Shown: positions 1 to 14,442, counted from the first letter of the stretch. The stretch is 64,000 bases of DNA from Paramecium tetraurelia (GCA_000165425.1 CT868097.1:502867-566866); one strand, 5' to 3'. Made by a program: numbers and translations. Notes: generated by a model not told the origin, from the sequence alone.

Positions 1-718
1 TTAATTCATTATAATTCAAACTCTAAAATAATATGTAATAATATACATCTTCAAAAATTGGTTATAAAACATTTTACAGAGTTTCTTTCGCGTCCTTTAA
101 GACATGGGATCTTTAAATCATATTTCCATCAATAAATATCCTAATTGGAATACTGAGTTATTATTCCTTCTTTAACATGGTTAAATCCCAGATTTTGTCA
201 AAGAATTCATAAAATTGAGGTCTATAATTATGGTCAGAATAGTTTTGGAACATTTTATACTATTATTCTATAGTAATTGTCTAGAAGATTTATCGTTCCC
301 ATTTATGACCATACCTAATCATGCATGCCTATTTTAGATTCCAAAAGTATCTATTTTTGATATCAACTTAAATGTTCTCAGAAATAGGTAATACATTTTC
401 TGGTCTTTTTTTAAAATGAACAACCATTTCTACCTCCTCATTAATTCTATCTATTTGTACAAAGAAAGGAATATGCCACTAAATGGGTTAATCATTAAAT
501 GATAACCACAGGGAGGATCTCGCTTTATTTGAGTATCTTATAAAATGATTGTAGATTGATTCAAAATAGAATCCAGGATACTTATTGTTGTAAACTATGC
601 AAACAAAGGGGATGATATCCTCAACATCTTAAATGATAAATTTTCCAAGAAAAGATTATTCATTAATTTATTTGCGAATATCTTCTAAACTCATTTCTTC
701 TAAGGGTTAATTATCCAT
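1..718 (-). CDS. ATG5: Autophagy protein 5-like (3' end runs off the window)
   Basis: Table-6 translation from ATG 718: ...SSLWLSFNDQPIQWHIPFFVQID...VVHFKKRPENVLP...IKNRYFWNLKQACMIRYG...IPIRIFID. These match the ATG5 'WFxxxGxPLKWHYPIG', 'SxKEAxxxKxG' and 'IPxRIY' blocks. Tiny GT..AG intron near 23-46. Confidence 0.75.
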
Positions 719-1079
719 ACTATTTTAATAATATATTATTTATATAAATATTTTAATATAACTTATTTTATTGATCATTTATTTATATGTAATAAAATGT
801 CCTATTTGATTGTTGTTTAAGTGAACTAAAAACAAGAGAGTTATAATAAAAAATAGATAATTTTTTACAATAGGAAGTTAAATAATAACTCAATAAGAGT
901 AGATCGTGAGCAGAGGATTTACAATTATAAAAGAGGCTTATATTTTAATATGAATAATAATTTAGAAATTTGTGAGCTATAAAATAAATATTTTAATGAT
1001 GTTAGAGTGTGAGGGATAATGAATTTGAAGAGCATTTGAATAGATTTCGTATAATATAAGTTTGTATTCTATTGTTTAT

Positions 1080-1110
1080 CTAAATTGGGTGAGAAATTAA
1101 ATCTTTTTTT
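1080..1110 (+). promoter_or_regulatory. Candidate ribosomal-protein promoter motif (copy 1, upstream of RPL18A)
   Basis: CTAAATTGGGTGAGAAATTAAATCTTTTT ends ~15 nt before the ATG and is similar to the element before RPL5. Confidence 0.4.
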
Positions 1111-1123
1111 AAAATATAAAAAA

Positions 1124-1805
1124 ATGGTTAAAAACTCAGCACAAGACCCTTAAGATAATTCACTCTAAATGAAAGTAATTGATAAAAGTGCTATTGGCTT
1201 AGACTAGATAATATTTGGTTTCCGGAAGAAGACTTCCATCTAAGGAAGACCCAAATCCCAAAGTGATTAGTATGAGAATCTTTGCAAGAAACACAGTCGC
1301 TGCTAAAAGCAGATTCTGGTATAGCATGAGTTAATGGTTAGGTGGAATTTAAGAAGACTCAATAAACTCAGACCTTCACATGGATAGATCTTAGCAGTAT
1401 AAGAATTATTTGAAAGAAGAGACACAAATGTCAAAACATACGGAATCGTTCTTAAATATTAATCCAGAACAACCATTCATAATATGTACAAGGAATTCAG
1501 AGACACAACTTTAAATGGAGCAGTCTCTTAATTATGTAATAACATTTGCTGAAGAATATTTTAGATCAAGAAATGGCTGGAAATCACAGAGCTCAACCAT
1601 AAACAATTCATATTCTCAGAACATCAGTTTTAACAAAGAGTGCTGATATCAAGAGAGGAAAGACTAATTAATACAGAGTACAATTCAAATATAGTTTTAG
1701 GGTGACTCAATCAAATTCCCAATTGTCAAAACAGTCCCAAGAGCTAGTCACAAAAAGTTCAGAACAGTGTTCAAAGCCAAAAGACCCAACCTCTACAGAT
1801 CATGA
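1124..1805 (+). CDS. RPL18A: 60S ribosomal protein L18a (eL20)
   Basis: MVKNS...[47 protein letters not shown]...[42 protein letters not shown]...[11 protein letters not shown]. Four tiny introns (~1174-1202, 1319-1341, ~1536-1564, ~1678-1700). Confidence 0.97.
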
Positions 1806-1935
1806 ACATGTTATTTTAGTACAATAATCATCATATAATAATATTTAATATTAATTAATCATTCCCATTAAGCCACTATTCAAACATCATTTGAAATTGG
1901 TTCATAAAATATAAATTTTAATATAATATATATTA

Positions 1936-3284
1936 TCATTATTTATTAATCAATTTTTTAAAATTAGGCAATTTTTAAACAGGTTCTTGATTATGATGTA
2001 TCTAAATGGATAAAGATCCAGTAAAAGTCTGAATTTTCATCAAATTAAGATAATTTAAAGCTTCGCTTGCGCTTATCCTATTTTATGGATTTTCTTCTAA
2101 CATTTAAGCTATAAGATTTTAGTAGTCATTTGATTTTATTTTTTAAAGTATCTAAGTAGTAACGGTGAAATTTTTGTTGTTTTCCATAATTTCCTTTTAA
2201 TTGCTTCCTATAATTAATTTTAGGCCAGTCAACCTAAATTGTTTTATTATTCTTACATTTGGTATAAAATGGCACCACATGCAAAGATATCCACTTTTTC
2301 TGATACTTTTTAAGAATTATCAAATAATTCTGGTGCCATATATCCAGGAGTTCCAAATTTCATGTCTTTATCTTTATCCAACTCCTATAACTTTCCCGCA
2401 CTTGCAAAATCAATTATGTATAATTAGGAAAATTAACCCAAATCATAAAATAAAATGTTTTCTGGTTTTATATCTCTGTGTACAAATCCATTTTTATGAA
2501 TATGATTAATCCCCTCCAAAATTTACTATTGAGCTTAACATTATATACTGTACATGTAATATGATTATAACTTCTTGACTATTTAGTTTGCAATATTTGA
2601 GACATTGACTGAGAGAGCCACCTCTTAGGTATTATAGCACGATCTAATATGTGGAATCTGATTCGAAGATTTGGATTAGCTTGACTATATTTTTGTGTTT
2701 TAGTTATCTCAAGCTTTCAACTTCGTTTTGAAATAACTACATAAAAAAGACATGGTACTTATTAACTATTTTTTTTCAGTTTTTTCATCTCTTTTAAAGC
2801 AAATATTTATTCATGATCAATTCTTTTGATCAATTAGATCTTCTTTATAAATAGATTTAAATACAGAACTTTATTATTTGGATTCAGGTTTTTTTATTGC
2901 TTCAAAAAAGAGATCCATATTATAATAAATCACTTTTCCATCCATGTATTCTTTAACTCGGAGCAACACATTCTCATCAGCATAAAAATATCTCTCTTAT
3001 CCGTTCCAAAATATCGCAAAGGCTACTAATTTCTGATTTTCCTCATTTACTTTCCAATCAATCATGGTTTGCGAATTCATTGGAATTACATACTTGATTT
3101 TTTAAGTAGACTTAACTATAAACTAAAATATTACTTCCCCAATATCAATACTGTCCTGTTTAAGATAGATAATATAGCTTCTATCGAACAATAAGTGCTC
3201 TCTTATGCAATACATCAATTTGAATATTAATGAATTAAGATTAAAAGATTCTATCCGCTCTTAAATCCCTGCTTCTAATTTCAT
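1936..3284 (-). CDS. Ser/Thr protein kinase (CAMK-like) with N-terminal PH-like region; Gly-rich loop degenerate, DFA instead of DFG
   Basis: FALKE...NEVESLRQLKHKNIVKL...YLRGGSL...GFVHRDIKPENILF...IIDFASAG...FGTPGYMAPE...KVDIFACG...MLEENPQNRISASEAL. Several tiny introns. The start codon choice (3284) is tentative. Confidence 0.88.
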
Positions 3285-3697
3285 TAACCAACTAGTAGAG
3301 CATATTATAGAAAATGAAAAACTAATCATACAACTACCTGAAATATTGTAATACATTTATTTATAAGATGTATCCAAATTTTAACAATCAATTGATAAGA
3401 TTGCAGGAAGAATACCAAGTCATTCCGATTCCTTTTTGTCTGTAATCAAGAAAATGCAAGCGAATATGGCAGAAACTATTTAAATTACATAAGAAAAAGT
3501 TTAAATTTTAACTTTCAAATGAGCTCATTTTATGTTATTTATTTAGAATCTAATAGAAATACACATACGATCGACGAAGATTTTTGATATTCGAGTAGCA
3601 AGTGCGAACTATTTCATAAATCTTACTATTGTGTTATTATCATATAATTAATTATAAATAATATAAATCCTCGGAAATTGATTAAAATTTTATAAAC

Positions 3698-5218
<1,521 letters not shown>

Positions 5219-5291
5219 TCTTTATTTTTAATATTTTGTTCTAAATGATGATTTAATTGCATATGTAATAATAATTATTAATATATTATTA

Positions 5292-6156
5292 ATGGGAAAT
5301 GGTACGATTATTTTATATTTAATAAGATGCTTTGAGCTCTTGTACAAAAAAACAAAAATCCTCCTTAGTTTAAAGAGAATCAAATATTACAATAAGTAGA
5401 TAGTTCAACTCAACAATGTGTTCGATATTGCAGGGAGATATATATTGTTAGTGGATTGAATATAGGTATTACATTTGTCTATTATAGTAAATTTGTTCAT
5501 ATGAACCTGCAGATTCTTTAATCGTTAAAACAGTATTTATTTAAATTGATAGTTTAGAGATCAGTATATTAATAATAGATAGAGTGATGAGATCAGAGCA
5601 AGTATATTCTATGTTCGATTTAGTGCATGTTGGAGATGTTATTTTAACAGAGAGATAGAATCTATTCCTACTTCATGCTAAATTACCGATGTATTCCGAA
5701 ATTAAAGATTTATAAAAAGTATATTCAACATATGAAAAATGGTATCTAAATCTAAGATTTTAAGTTTGGAGATTGCTGATGAAAACATTTTGTCTGAAAT
5801 CACTTTTACAGAATAAAATGCTTTAAATTTTGCTATTCCAAAATAGTATAACGCAGAATGTTTAATTAGATGTATCATAAATTATATTAGTTTGAATCCT
5901 TAAACTAATTTAAAATAAATAAATTTCCTTAGCAATGATTACACAACAGTAAATTCAATCATTATTTTAGATTAACATATTTAAACTTGAATTAGATAAT
6001 ATTTTAGAAGAAATGAAAGTCCCAAATTTGGCAGAGAAAAATAGGAAAATCTTTTTTGAATTTTTAAACTCAACTAATTGTGAAGAAGCTCCATATTTTC
6101 TAAGTACAGGCTTGACAACAAGTTTTGCCCATCTAACTGAGAAAAGTGCTGAGTGA
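5292..6156 (+). CDS. Divergent macrodomain-like protein with possible N-myristoylation (MGN...)
   Basis: Open in table 6 after five tiny GT..AG introns: ...VHVGDVILTERQNLFLLHAKLPMY...LQKVYSTYEKCLEIADENILSEITF...AECLIRCIINYISLNPQTNLKQINFLSND...IFKLEL. This resembles the C-terminal half of a macro fold. The gene model is good; the domain call is inference. Confidence 0.6.
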
Positions 6157-6189
6157 TTTGAATTTATTTATACTCTTATATATTGAAAT

Positions 6190-7873
6190 TTAATAGAAAG
6201 TTATTTAATTTAGTACTAATATTCATTATCAACAGTTTTTCATTTTATTTTTTCCATAAAATTGATAAAATGATCATAAGTAAACTATTTTTAAATTAAA
6301 AATTATAAATACCCTCCATTTCAAACAATGTTTTTCGAATTCTTTATTTAATGATTGCTAATCAGTTTACATAAGCCTCACTAAACTTTTTTTGCTTATA
6401 TACTAACTCTTATTTGATAATATCTAGAATCCTTTCCTAAGATTCTCTATAGTGAGAACTCTACTTAAAGTGCTGTTCATTATTAAAAAATCTTGAAATG
6501 ATACTTAATCATTAGATTCTATCAATTGCTAATAATCAGTTCCCACATTTTAATCTTAAAATAAGTCTTGCAGTAATTTGCAGAGGCTTACAAGATTCAA
6601 ATTGTTTTCTTCATTTTTATCTAAACTATCATAAAGTTTCTTCATTATTAAAAATTAATGAGGAACAAAAGATTAGATCAAATAAAAAGTAAAGCACTTT
6701 TATAAATAATTAATTTTTTTATGAAGATTTTATGGTATTAATTTTAGTTGATGCAATTTTAAAAATTCCTAATTTCCAGATTACACAAACTTGTTCTCTT
6801 TTATCTAATCAATTTTAATTCTCTATTAAGGTGCCAATTAAAGCATTGCCAATATTAATGATCTTAAATTGATTCCAATTATATTTTATGGGAGCCTTAA
6901 ATTGGCTTTTATTGACTCTAACCATATTTCATTATCTTAATCCTTATAATTGCTAATTTTTGTAGCATTTAACTTTGCAATCATAGTGTAGATTATCAAG
7001 CCTATCTACCATATATCCAATTCTGATGATTTATTCCTATCAATTATATCAAAATTTGTGCTGCTGAACTCACCTTTCTTTAGATGAAATATTCCATTTA
7101 TATTAGTTAATTTAAGGTAATGATATTTTGAATTTACAAAAAAATGAAATGATTGCATGTCCAAGTTGTTATGATATAGCTGTTTAGAATGTAGATGACT
7201 CACAATAGAAATAATCTATGAAACAATTATTGAAATTTGTTCCAAATTTATATCTTCATGTTTATCTAAATAATCTTATAAGCTTTCCTAAGAACAATAC
7301 TCGAAGTAAAACTTGTCTTTTTGCTATGATTCCTCATTTTCTACTTCTAAAATTTCAATTATGTGTGGGTGAGACTAGACTTAACAAATAATTTACAAGT
7401 GCACTTTTATTCAATCTAATATTACTATATTGAATTGTTTCTTCACCTTAAGAAGAGGAACTTGTATAATAAATTCTTCCAGTAAATTTATTTGCAAAGT
7501 ATTTATAAATACATTTATCTGCTTTATTCAATTCTTCGGAAGGAATGAAATCACTTTCCTGCAATTTATTCATATCAGCATTTCTCTTACTTATAAGAAG
7601 AGTTTAATGTGATCTTATGCTTCTGGGTGAGGAGATAAGTTTTTCTTTTTGCATTTGATAACTTTCTAAAATCACTGTCAGCTAATGTTAAGCACTATTA
7701 GGCTAGGACAAATTTCCAAATCTATTATTTCTTTGAAAATGAGAACCAGGAGGTGATTGTTACTTTGAACTTACATTTTAAATTTTCTAGAATAATTGTT
7801 TTTTGTTTACATCGCTCTCACTTTATGATTTATTATTTTTTGAGGAGTTTGTCTTACCACTGCATAATCCCAT
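6190..7873 (-). CDS. CDPK-like pseudokinase with N-terminal myristoylation/palmitoylation signal (3' end approximate)
   Basis: MGLCSGK start. Kinase skeleton HPHIIEILEV...YFEYCS...IVSHLHSKQLYHNNLDMQSF...LKLTNINGIF...LDIWQIG, with HRD replaced by HNN and DFG by NIN. Degenerate EF-hand-like C-terminus. Confidence 0.75.
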
Positions 7874-9029
7874 TTGTTAAATACTAAATTATAAAATGAT
7901 TAAAATAGGATTTAAAACATAAAAATAAATTATGCTCACTTCTTGGATTATTATTAAATACAATAAAATAATTAATATCTAATCAATATACAATAAAAAT
8001 TAATACTGGAAGTAACAAAAGAATATCTTAGATTCCTGATTATCTTCTTTTATGTATATAATTCTTAATTAAATCATAAAAAAATCATTTATATACCTAT
8101 TTTTAAATTTTTAAATTTTTAAATTCACTAGACATCAATTACAACAATTATTTTGATTTTTAGAGTCCATTTAAGAAAATAGCCCTTGTTATAAATGAAT
8201 AATTAATTATACTAATTAATTAATCGACACAATTTATTTTAATTAAATAAATAATTAATAATATGTGTTAATTTATCATTAAGAGATATTAATGTTTTTT
8301 ATATGAATTAAATTACAAATATTTTTAAATCAAATCAAATCAATTCTTACCACTTAAGGAAGAGATTATTTTTTATGATTAAATTGAAATTTCAGAATTA
8401 TATCGATATACATATTTATTTCATCAGATCTTTTTTAAACAATATAATTAAAGATTATTGTCTAAGTATTCTTAAAATAATGTATATGTATTCTTAAAAT
8501 AGATTACGAACAAGAATCTGAAAAAGTATAAAACATATATTTAGTAAATGAACCTTGCATTTGAGTGATAATTAGAATATTTACTAAAATATTAAATAGA
8601 TACTAGTACCTTAGATGCCTAAATTTATCTTCGTTCCTCATATAGTCATTTTATAAGGAGAATTAAAGCAATTAATTATGTTTGAAAATTATGCGAAAAC
8701 TGAATTGCTAATAAGATAGATGAATTACTACCTTGATTTTATATTGAAAATTCACATTTTAAAGTATGCAAGTACTTTTTAGAGAGGCTTTTCAAATTTT
8801 CCAAAAAATGAAGGCTCAATGTTGAATTTAATTAATTATTCACATTATTAATTTGAACTGAAAAATTGAATTAAAATTGCTTCAAAGAACAAAAAAATCC
8901 TAATAATTAATAATATAAATACTCTAATATTGAAGATGCATTGATTCTTATTATAAATTATTATTTATAAAATATAATAATAAATATTCATAAATTCTAA
9001 TTCAATTATGCATTAGATTAAAATTTAAA

Positions 9030-9930
9030 TCAAATAACAGAAAACTTTACAATTTTCAAATGCTAAATTTTGTAACACAAATTCATAGATCGATATTGAG
9101 GTTTTCTTTTGTAAGGGGGCACTTTAAAGTATGGAGCTAAAGAATCATGCGAGATTTAATCATAATCTATTTAATGAGTTTCACTAAATTCTTCAAACTC
9201 ATTTTCATTTGCATTAACTAAAGCTTCGTATTCTGCCTTGCATTTTTTATAAAACCTTCTGTACTGTCTCCAGCAATACTGAATCAAGGTTTCATCAATA
9301 TTTTGGTCTAAAGGTTCAACTTCATAGAGCATTTTATTTATTAAATTTGGTGCTAAGTATCGATGTTATTTCGTTTAATGTATTACGAAACTATTTGTAT
9401 CATTACTAGTGAAAAATTCAATATTTAAATTCTTTTTGCATTTTTCCTCAAGCTTCATTGTCTTTTTGAGTTATTTCATTCCACTCAAAATTTGTTAAAT
9501 ATTTTTGAAATCTGTGTTTTTATCGTGGATGATATTGCATTAGTATATGTTGTATTTCTATTAAGGAGGCTTAAGGTTATTCTCTAGAATTCATATTTTT
9601 AAGAATACTTTTAAGTGCTTCTTCCTCAAGGAGAAGTCCATTTTTATTACAATACTTTAGATAGTCATATATGTCTGTGAACCCTAGTGACTCAAGATGC
9701 TTGATGAAGAGGAATTCGTTTTAAACACAGCTTTAATATATTGGATCTTAGATTAATTGTTCATATAGAGTTTATTGCAAAGGGGCATTTTTTCGTTTTC
9801 TCAAGATTCTTTCAGTAAGTCCATCAAGCGGTTTATTCTACAATGAATCCTCTTCATGTTCTTACTGGGAATCGGTCAAATCTATAATATTACCGGGAAA
9901 ATTAAAATCTGTCTTAAAAACTTGTTCCAT
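9030..9930 (-). CDS. Hypothetical protein (~290 aa)
   Basis: MEQVFKTDFNFPGNIIDLTDSQQ... is open in table 6 to TGA at 9030-9032 after removing one 25-nt intron (gtattcttaaaaatatgaattctag). No family recognised. Confidence 0.7.
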
Positions 9931-9993
9931 TTATTTGAGTATTAAAAAATAATTAATTCTATATATATATTTATATGTGTTTAAAATTATACT

Positions 9994-11775
9994 TCACTTC
10001 TAGTTAGGTATTTATTAATTGATGTGAACAGGTTTAATTGTAACAGAATTATTATTGTTATTGTTATTATTATTATTGTTATTATTATTTGTATTATTAT
10101 TATTATTGTTATTATTGTTGTTATTATTAGATTATTATAATCTTTCAGATGTCATCTCGTTTCCAGCATTCTTCAAATTTTCTGCTATGTCTTCTAAATT
10201 AGGTAATGGCTTCAAATCCTATGTTATTAGGTTTGTTATTTTAAGTTCTTTTAACATAAATTTGGAGATGACCCTCACTGATTTCCATGCGTAATCTTTC
10301 ATATTCTTACATCTTTCGTTGTCAGCTATTTTACGATTTTGATCTAATTAATAAAACACTTCATTTAAATAATAATTTAATCCAGGTTCAATAGGATTAG
10401 TTTCAATTTTATAAGGTCTTCCTTGATCTTGGAGAATGTATTGAAATGCATCAGTCTATTTATATTTGAGATCGTCGTAAATTCTTTTCTGAATTTCTTA
10501 TCTTTTTTTTTTGGCTTTCTCAGATGCTTTAATGCTAAGTTTTTCATAGCCATCATCAAAACATTGTTTTTCTGTCACCCAAAGTCGCTGAGATATAACA
10601 ATAGAATACCCAAGTTCGTTCTGTATCAATTAAATGTTAAACTTTTTCTCCTAATTTATCTCCTAATTCATCTAATTATTTTTGAACTTCAATTTTCAAA
10701 TTTTATATGAATTATTTCTAAAATATTAACAGGATTTCAATACTTCTTGATTTTCAAGTTCTGCTACAAAAATAAACAATAAAACTTAATTTAAGAATAA
10801 CTTTCTAAAGTAAGGATCATTAAGTTAATTTTTGAATAAAGAGTATTTTGTTAGGAACTTAGGAAACCTTTTCACAGTTATAATCTCAGGTTCGATAGGA
10901 TTCTCTTTGAAATATTGCAATGCTCTCATTATTACTTTTATGACAGCTTATAGATTCTTTGTCCTTTAGGGTTCAGACACATTCTAAGACACTTAACCAG
11001 CTTCTTCTCCAATATCATCGAATTCTACTTTGTTTCTAAAAATTAATTCAGAGTTATTAAGGTATTTTTGTAAAGTCCAAAAATTTTTATAGAAAGAATA
11101 TGGCAATGAAGCATTGACTTTTACTGCTTCCTCGTCAAAGCCTCTATCCCTTATATTGATTGGCTTCTTCCTCAAGGATGGATGTATTGTTGAGAATATT
11201 TGGGTCAAGAATATTTAAACTTATCCTCTTAAAAATGTGTCATGTGTTGTTGATAGTCTTTTGAGCATGGAATTACAAATTCTCAGCAAAACATATTTGT
11301 TTTCGTCTTAGAATTTTGATATTGTGGCTATCTAACTATATAAATTATTAAAGTAATCCTGAAGTTCTGAAAGAGACAAGCATTCATAAATATCTTCACT
11401 AAAAGCTTAAATTAGTAATGGAATTTACTAAGTGGGTATGATTTGAGATCTGGCACATCTTTGCAAATTGTATAAGATAATTCAGCCAAAAAAATATTTA
11501 CTTTAAGAAGTTCTAAGAGATCCTCATCTAGAACTTTTTTAGTAGTCAATTTCTATCGATTAACATATTATCTTACTAATTTTTGATGTAAATAGTCTCT
11601 ACAGTTTTTTAGGAAAGCTTAGTAAAATGGCTACAATTAATCTGCGGATTCTTCCTCATGGAGCTTTTGCAATTTCTATTTTAATATTTCTGTGTGTCTC
11701 ACTTTGAAATTTAAAATGTACGACTATGAAATATTCAAACAATACTTCAATTTCCATTAGTTTAAATTCACTCAT
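9994..11775 (-). CDS. THOC1: THO complex subunit 1 (Hpr1/p84)
   Basis: LLRICNSMLKRLSTTHDTFLRG..QIFLTQIFS, YSFYKNFWTLQKYL, FPKFLTKYSLFKNQLNDPYFRK and YAWKSVRVIS match conserved THOC1 blocks. Ends in a poly-Asn tail. Confidence 0.85.
10049..10130 (-). repeat. (AAT/AAC)n trinucleotide tract encoding poly-Asn at the THOC1 C-terminus
   Basis: The + strand reads attattgttattgttattattattattgtt...; in the THOC1 frame it gives ERLQQSNNNNNN...SVTIKPVHINQQIPNQK*. Confidence 0.9.
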
Positions 11776-11823
11776 GTTAAAATGTTTATTTAAATAAAAA
11801 TAATTTTTATATTCTAATATAAA

Positions 11824-14442
11824 TCACCTACGACCGTAATGGCCATCTCCAGCATATCCAAATTCATCTTGTTAGGCTAAGATTTTCTAATTCTTTGGAT
11901 TTGGATTATCGACACTTTATTACCTCTTATTCCATTCAGCTAAAGCCTTATGCTTAGTAATCGGATTTTCTCTATCATAATCAGTATCAAAGTTTGCACT
12001 TCCTTCAGCGTATGGTTTTATCTAGATAAGTAAATTTATGTACTTCCTCATTGTTTTCTACTGGAAAAAGATATTCAGATATATCTTCCATAGGTAATTG
12101 TTAATATAAAACTGCTAAAATAATAAGTAGAATATCTATTTTGCTAACTTCTTTGAAAAAAGTGTATGTCATGATCATTTCTCCAAAAGCGCACCATGCA
12201 ATAATATATTCTAACATTTCAATCATTTCTAAAATCAATCAAAATGCATACCTGTAGAGAGCTATATGCTTATAGATTCCTTAACTGTCCTTCTTCTAAG
12301 GATGTTATAATAATCTACAAAATAATAGATCAGAATTCCGAATGCACTAAATAAGGTGCCTAATGGTATTGCAGTACCGTACATAAATGTAAACCACATA
12401 GTTTTCATAACATCCGAATATCGTTTAGCAGAAAGATAGTCTGGTTCTTCCATTAATTTGTTGGCTTCTTATTAAGTTAAAAGTGCTTTATCACCTTTTG
12501 ACATGATATACTTTCTCCATATGTTCTTACATAGGCTCCATGGATCAACGCACCAAATAAATGGAGGAAATATTGCATTAAGTACAAAGATTTAGCTTTC
12601 ATTTTAGATGAACCCTCCTGCTCCTTTGACATTCTTTAATATAACGATATCCACTAAAAAACTAATAATGGCTGCATTCAAAAACAACGCTAATGCATAC
12701 TTATAAACGAAAGATATTTAGAATTTCGTTTTGTTTGATATTTTTTCATCATCAACAATATAATGAACAATTTTAGCCACTCCAAATTTATTGAACAATA
12801 CGATAGTCATTGAAATACTAAATGACATTATATTTATTTTTCTTTTAGTATCTTCATCCAATTTTCCTTTCAATTCTTCTTCATGAGCTTCATCGCCCAG
12901 TAAAGCTAATCGATGAGATATTAAATATATAATAAAAAAGGCGGCACTTTCAAATAAAATGTAATATACCCATGCTCTCAGCCTTTTAAATATCTTCTCA
13001 CTAGTAGTAATATGAATGAATTCCCAATCGACATCATTTGGTTCAGGTGCTTGTTCTAAAAATAGTTTCTATCCCTTCCACTATAAATCATTGTTTGTGA
13101 GACTCTTTAATTGGCCTCTATTTATGTGAGATTTCATTCTTTCCCATTAGGTATGAGGATTATCCTACAAAACTACTTGTTTCATAGATTCATCATCAAA
13201 AGATATGAAGGCTATTCCTGCAAAGTTTGTGTTATGAGTTTCATACTCCTCTTCGATTTTATGGATTTGATGTTCTAAGTGTTCAATTTCTTCATCTATC
13301 TTTTTAACGCTTTCATGATGAAAGTCAAAATTAGACTTTTTTATGGCATCCTTCTTTGATTACAATAACTAATCCAGTTTCTTTTCGAGTTCAATTATTT
13401 CTTCTATATCATAAACTAAAACTACTTTTCTAACTATAATTTATTTAGTTGAATCCAAAACCGAGTAATTTTCAAATATATTTTTTAGTTCGTATTTATA
13501 ATCCACATTCAGTCCTGTGGGAATATTCTTAACACATATGGTGTAATCTGCAGGAGTCAACTGCTCTTCATCAATAGTAGTATCGATTTATCTTTGGCTT
13601 TTTCTGAAATATATTAGAACAAACATAATTATGAAAATGCTTATGAAATTTAGGAGTTACATCATTTCAAGGGCTTCTCGGTTACTACTTTAAGTGTTAT
13701 TAATTACTCTAATTTGTTTGCCAAAGATAATTGTAGAAAAATGCTGTCTGGACAATATGGTTCCTCTATAAAATGTCCTTCCATCTTTTCTCTTTTTATG
13801 TGACTACAATATGAACCATTATAGTTAGTGTATAAATTGTGCAATTACTTAATCAAAAGCTAGATGAAGAGGATTATTATGCAATATTTCAAGTAATTAT
13901 AAAATAACGTAAAACCTGATCCTAAGAAAGATAAAGACATCGGATCCGAACAATATGGAATATCCTCCCTATCTACTTCGAATCCGCAACATGGACATGT
14001 ATCAACTAATTATTAATAACCCAATTCTACTTTATAATGTTTTCAGAGGATCCTTCTTTTTTTCTTATGCCGTTCGTCTTGATAATGCATGTTTTTTTGC
14101 TATTTCCCAATTACAAGGCATTTACAAAGGGTTATAATGACCCTCATGGTGATCAACGCCTGAATGATGAATGTCATGATCTCCATCCATATGACCATGA
14201 TTCGAATATTGGTGATGAGACTAATCATTGTGAAGATATTAATGTTGAGAAGGCTTTATATTGAATTAAATAGACTTACCTATGATTGTTTTTGCATTTC
14301 AGGTTGTGATTGCTATTGTTACTATTTTGGTATTAAAAACTATTACTTTAGATTAATTTCTTTAACCATGTGTTTCTTAGTCGTTGCAATCATCCTAATC
14401 ATTTGCATGAGGCTAATGCTAATTTTAAGATGATTATTTCAT
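11824..14442 (-). CDS. OSCA/TMEM63 (CSC1)-like multi-pass membrane channel with Gln/His-rich N-terminus
   Basis: LTPADYTICVKNIP, FAGIAFISF, FLEQAPEPNDVDWE, multiple hydrophobic helices, and YSDVMKTMWFTFMYGTAIPLGTLFSAFGILIYYFVDYYNILRR. N-terminal CPCCG motif. Confidence 0.8.

Noticed and set aside
787..1012. Possible ~60-70 aa ORF between ATG5 and RPL18A (MQQNVLFDCCLSELKTR...)
   Set aside because: It is short, has no recognisable homology and ambiguous introns. With only one stop codon in this code, such ORFs arise by chance.
3290..3620. Hydrophobic coding-like stretch upstream of the kinase on the minus strand
   Set aside because: It contains TGA in the plausible frames and gives no consistent splice model. 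It could be a remnant but cannot be supported.
7900..9020. ~1.1-kb AT-rich gap with a 14-nt direct repeat (GTATTCTTAAAATA x2 near 8466-8501)
   Set aside because: No convincing gene or element, and a short AT-rich duplication is unremarkable.
10055..10294. ORF-track poly-Leu protein (MLLLLLL...)
   Set aside because: It is the antisense reading of the THOC1 poly-Asn (AAY)n tract.
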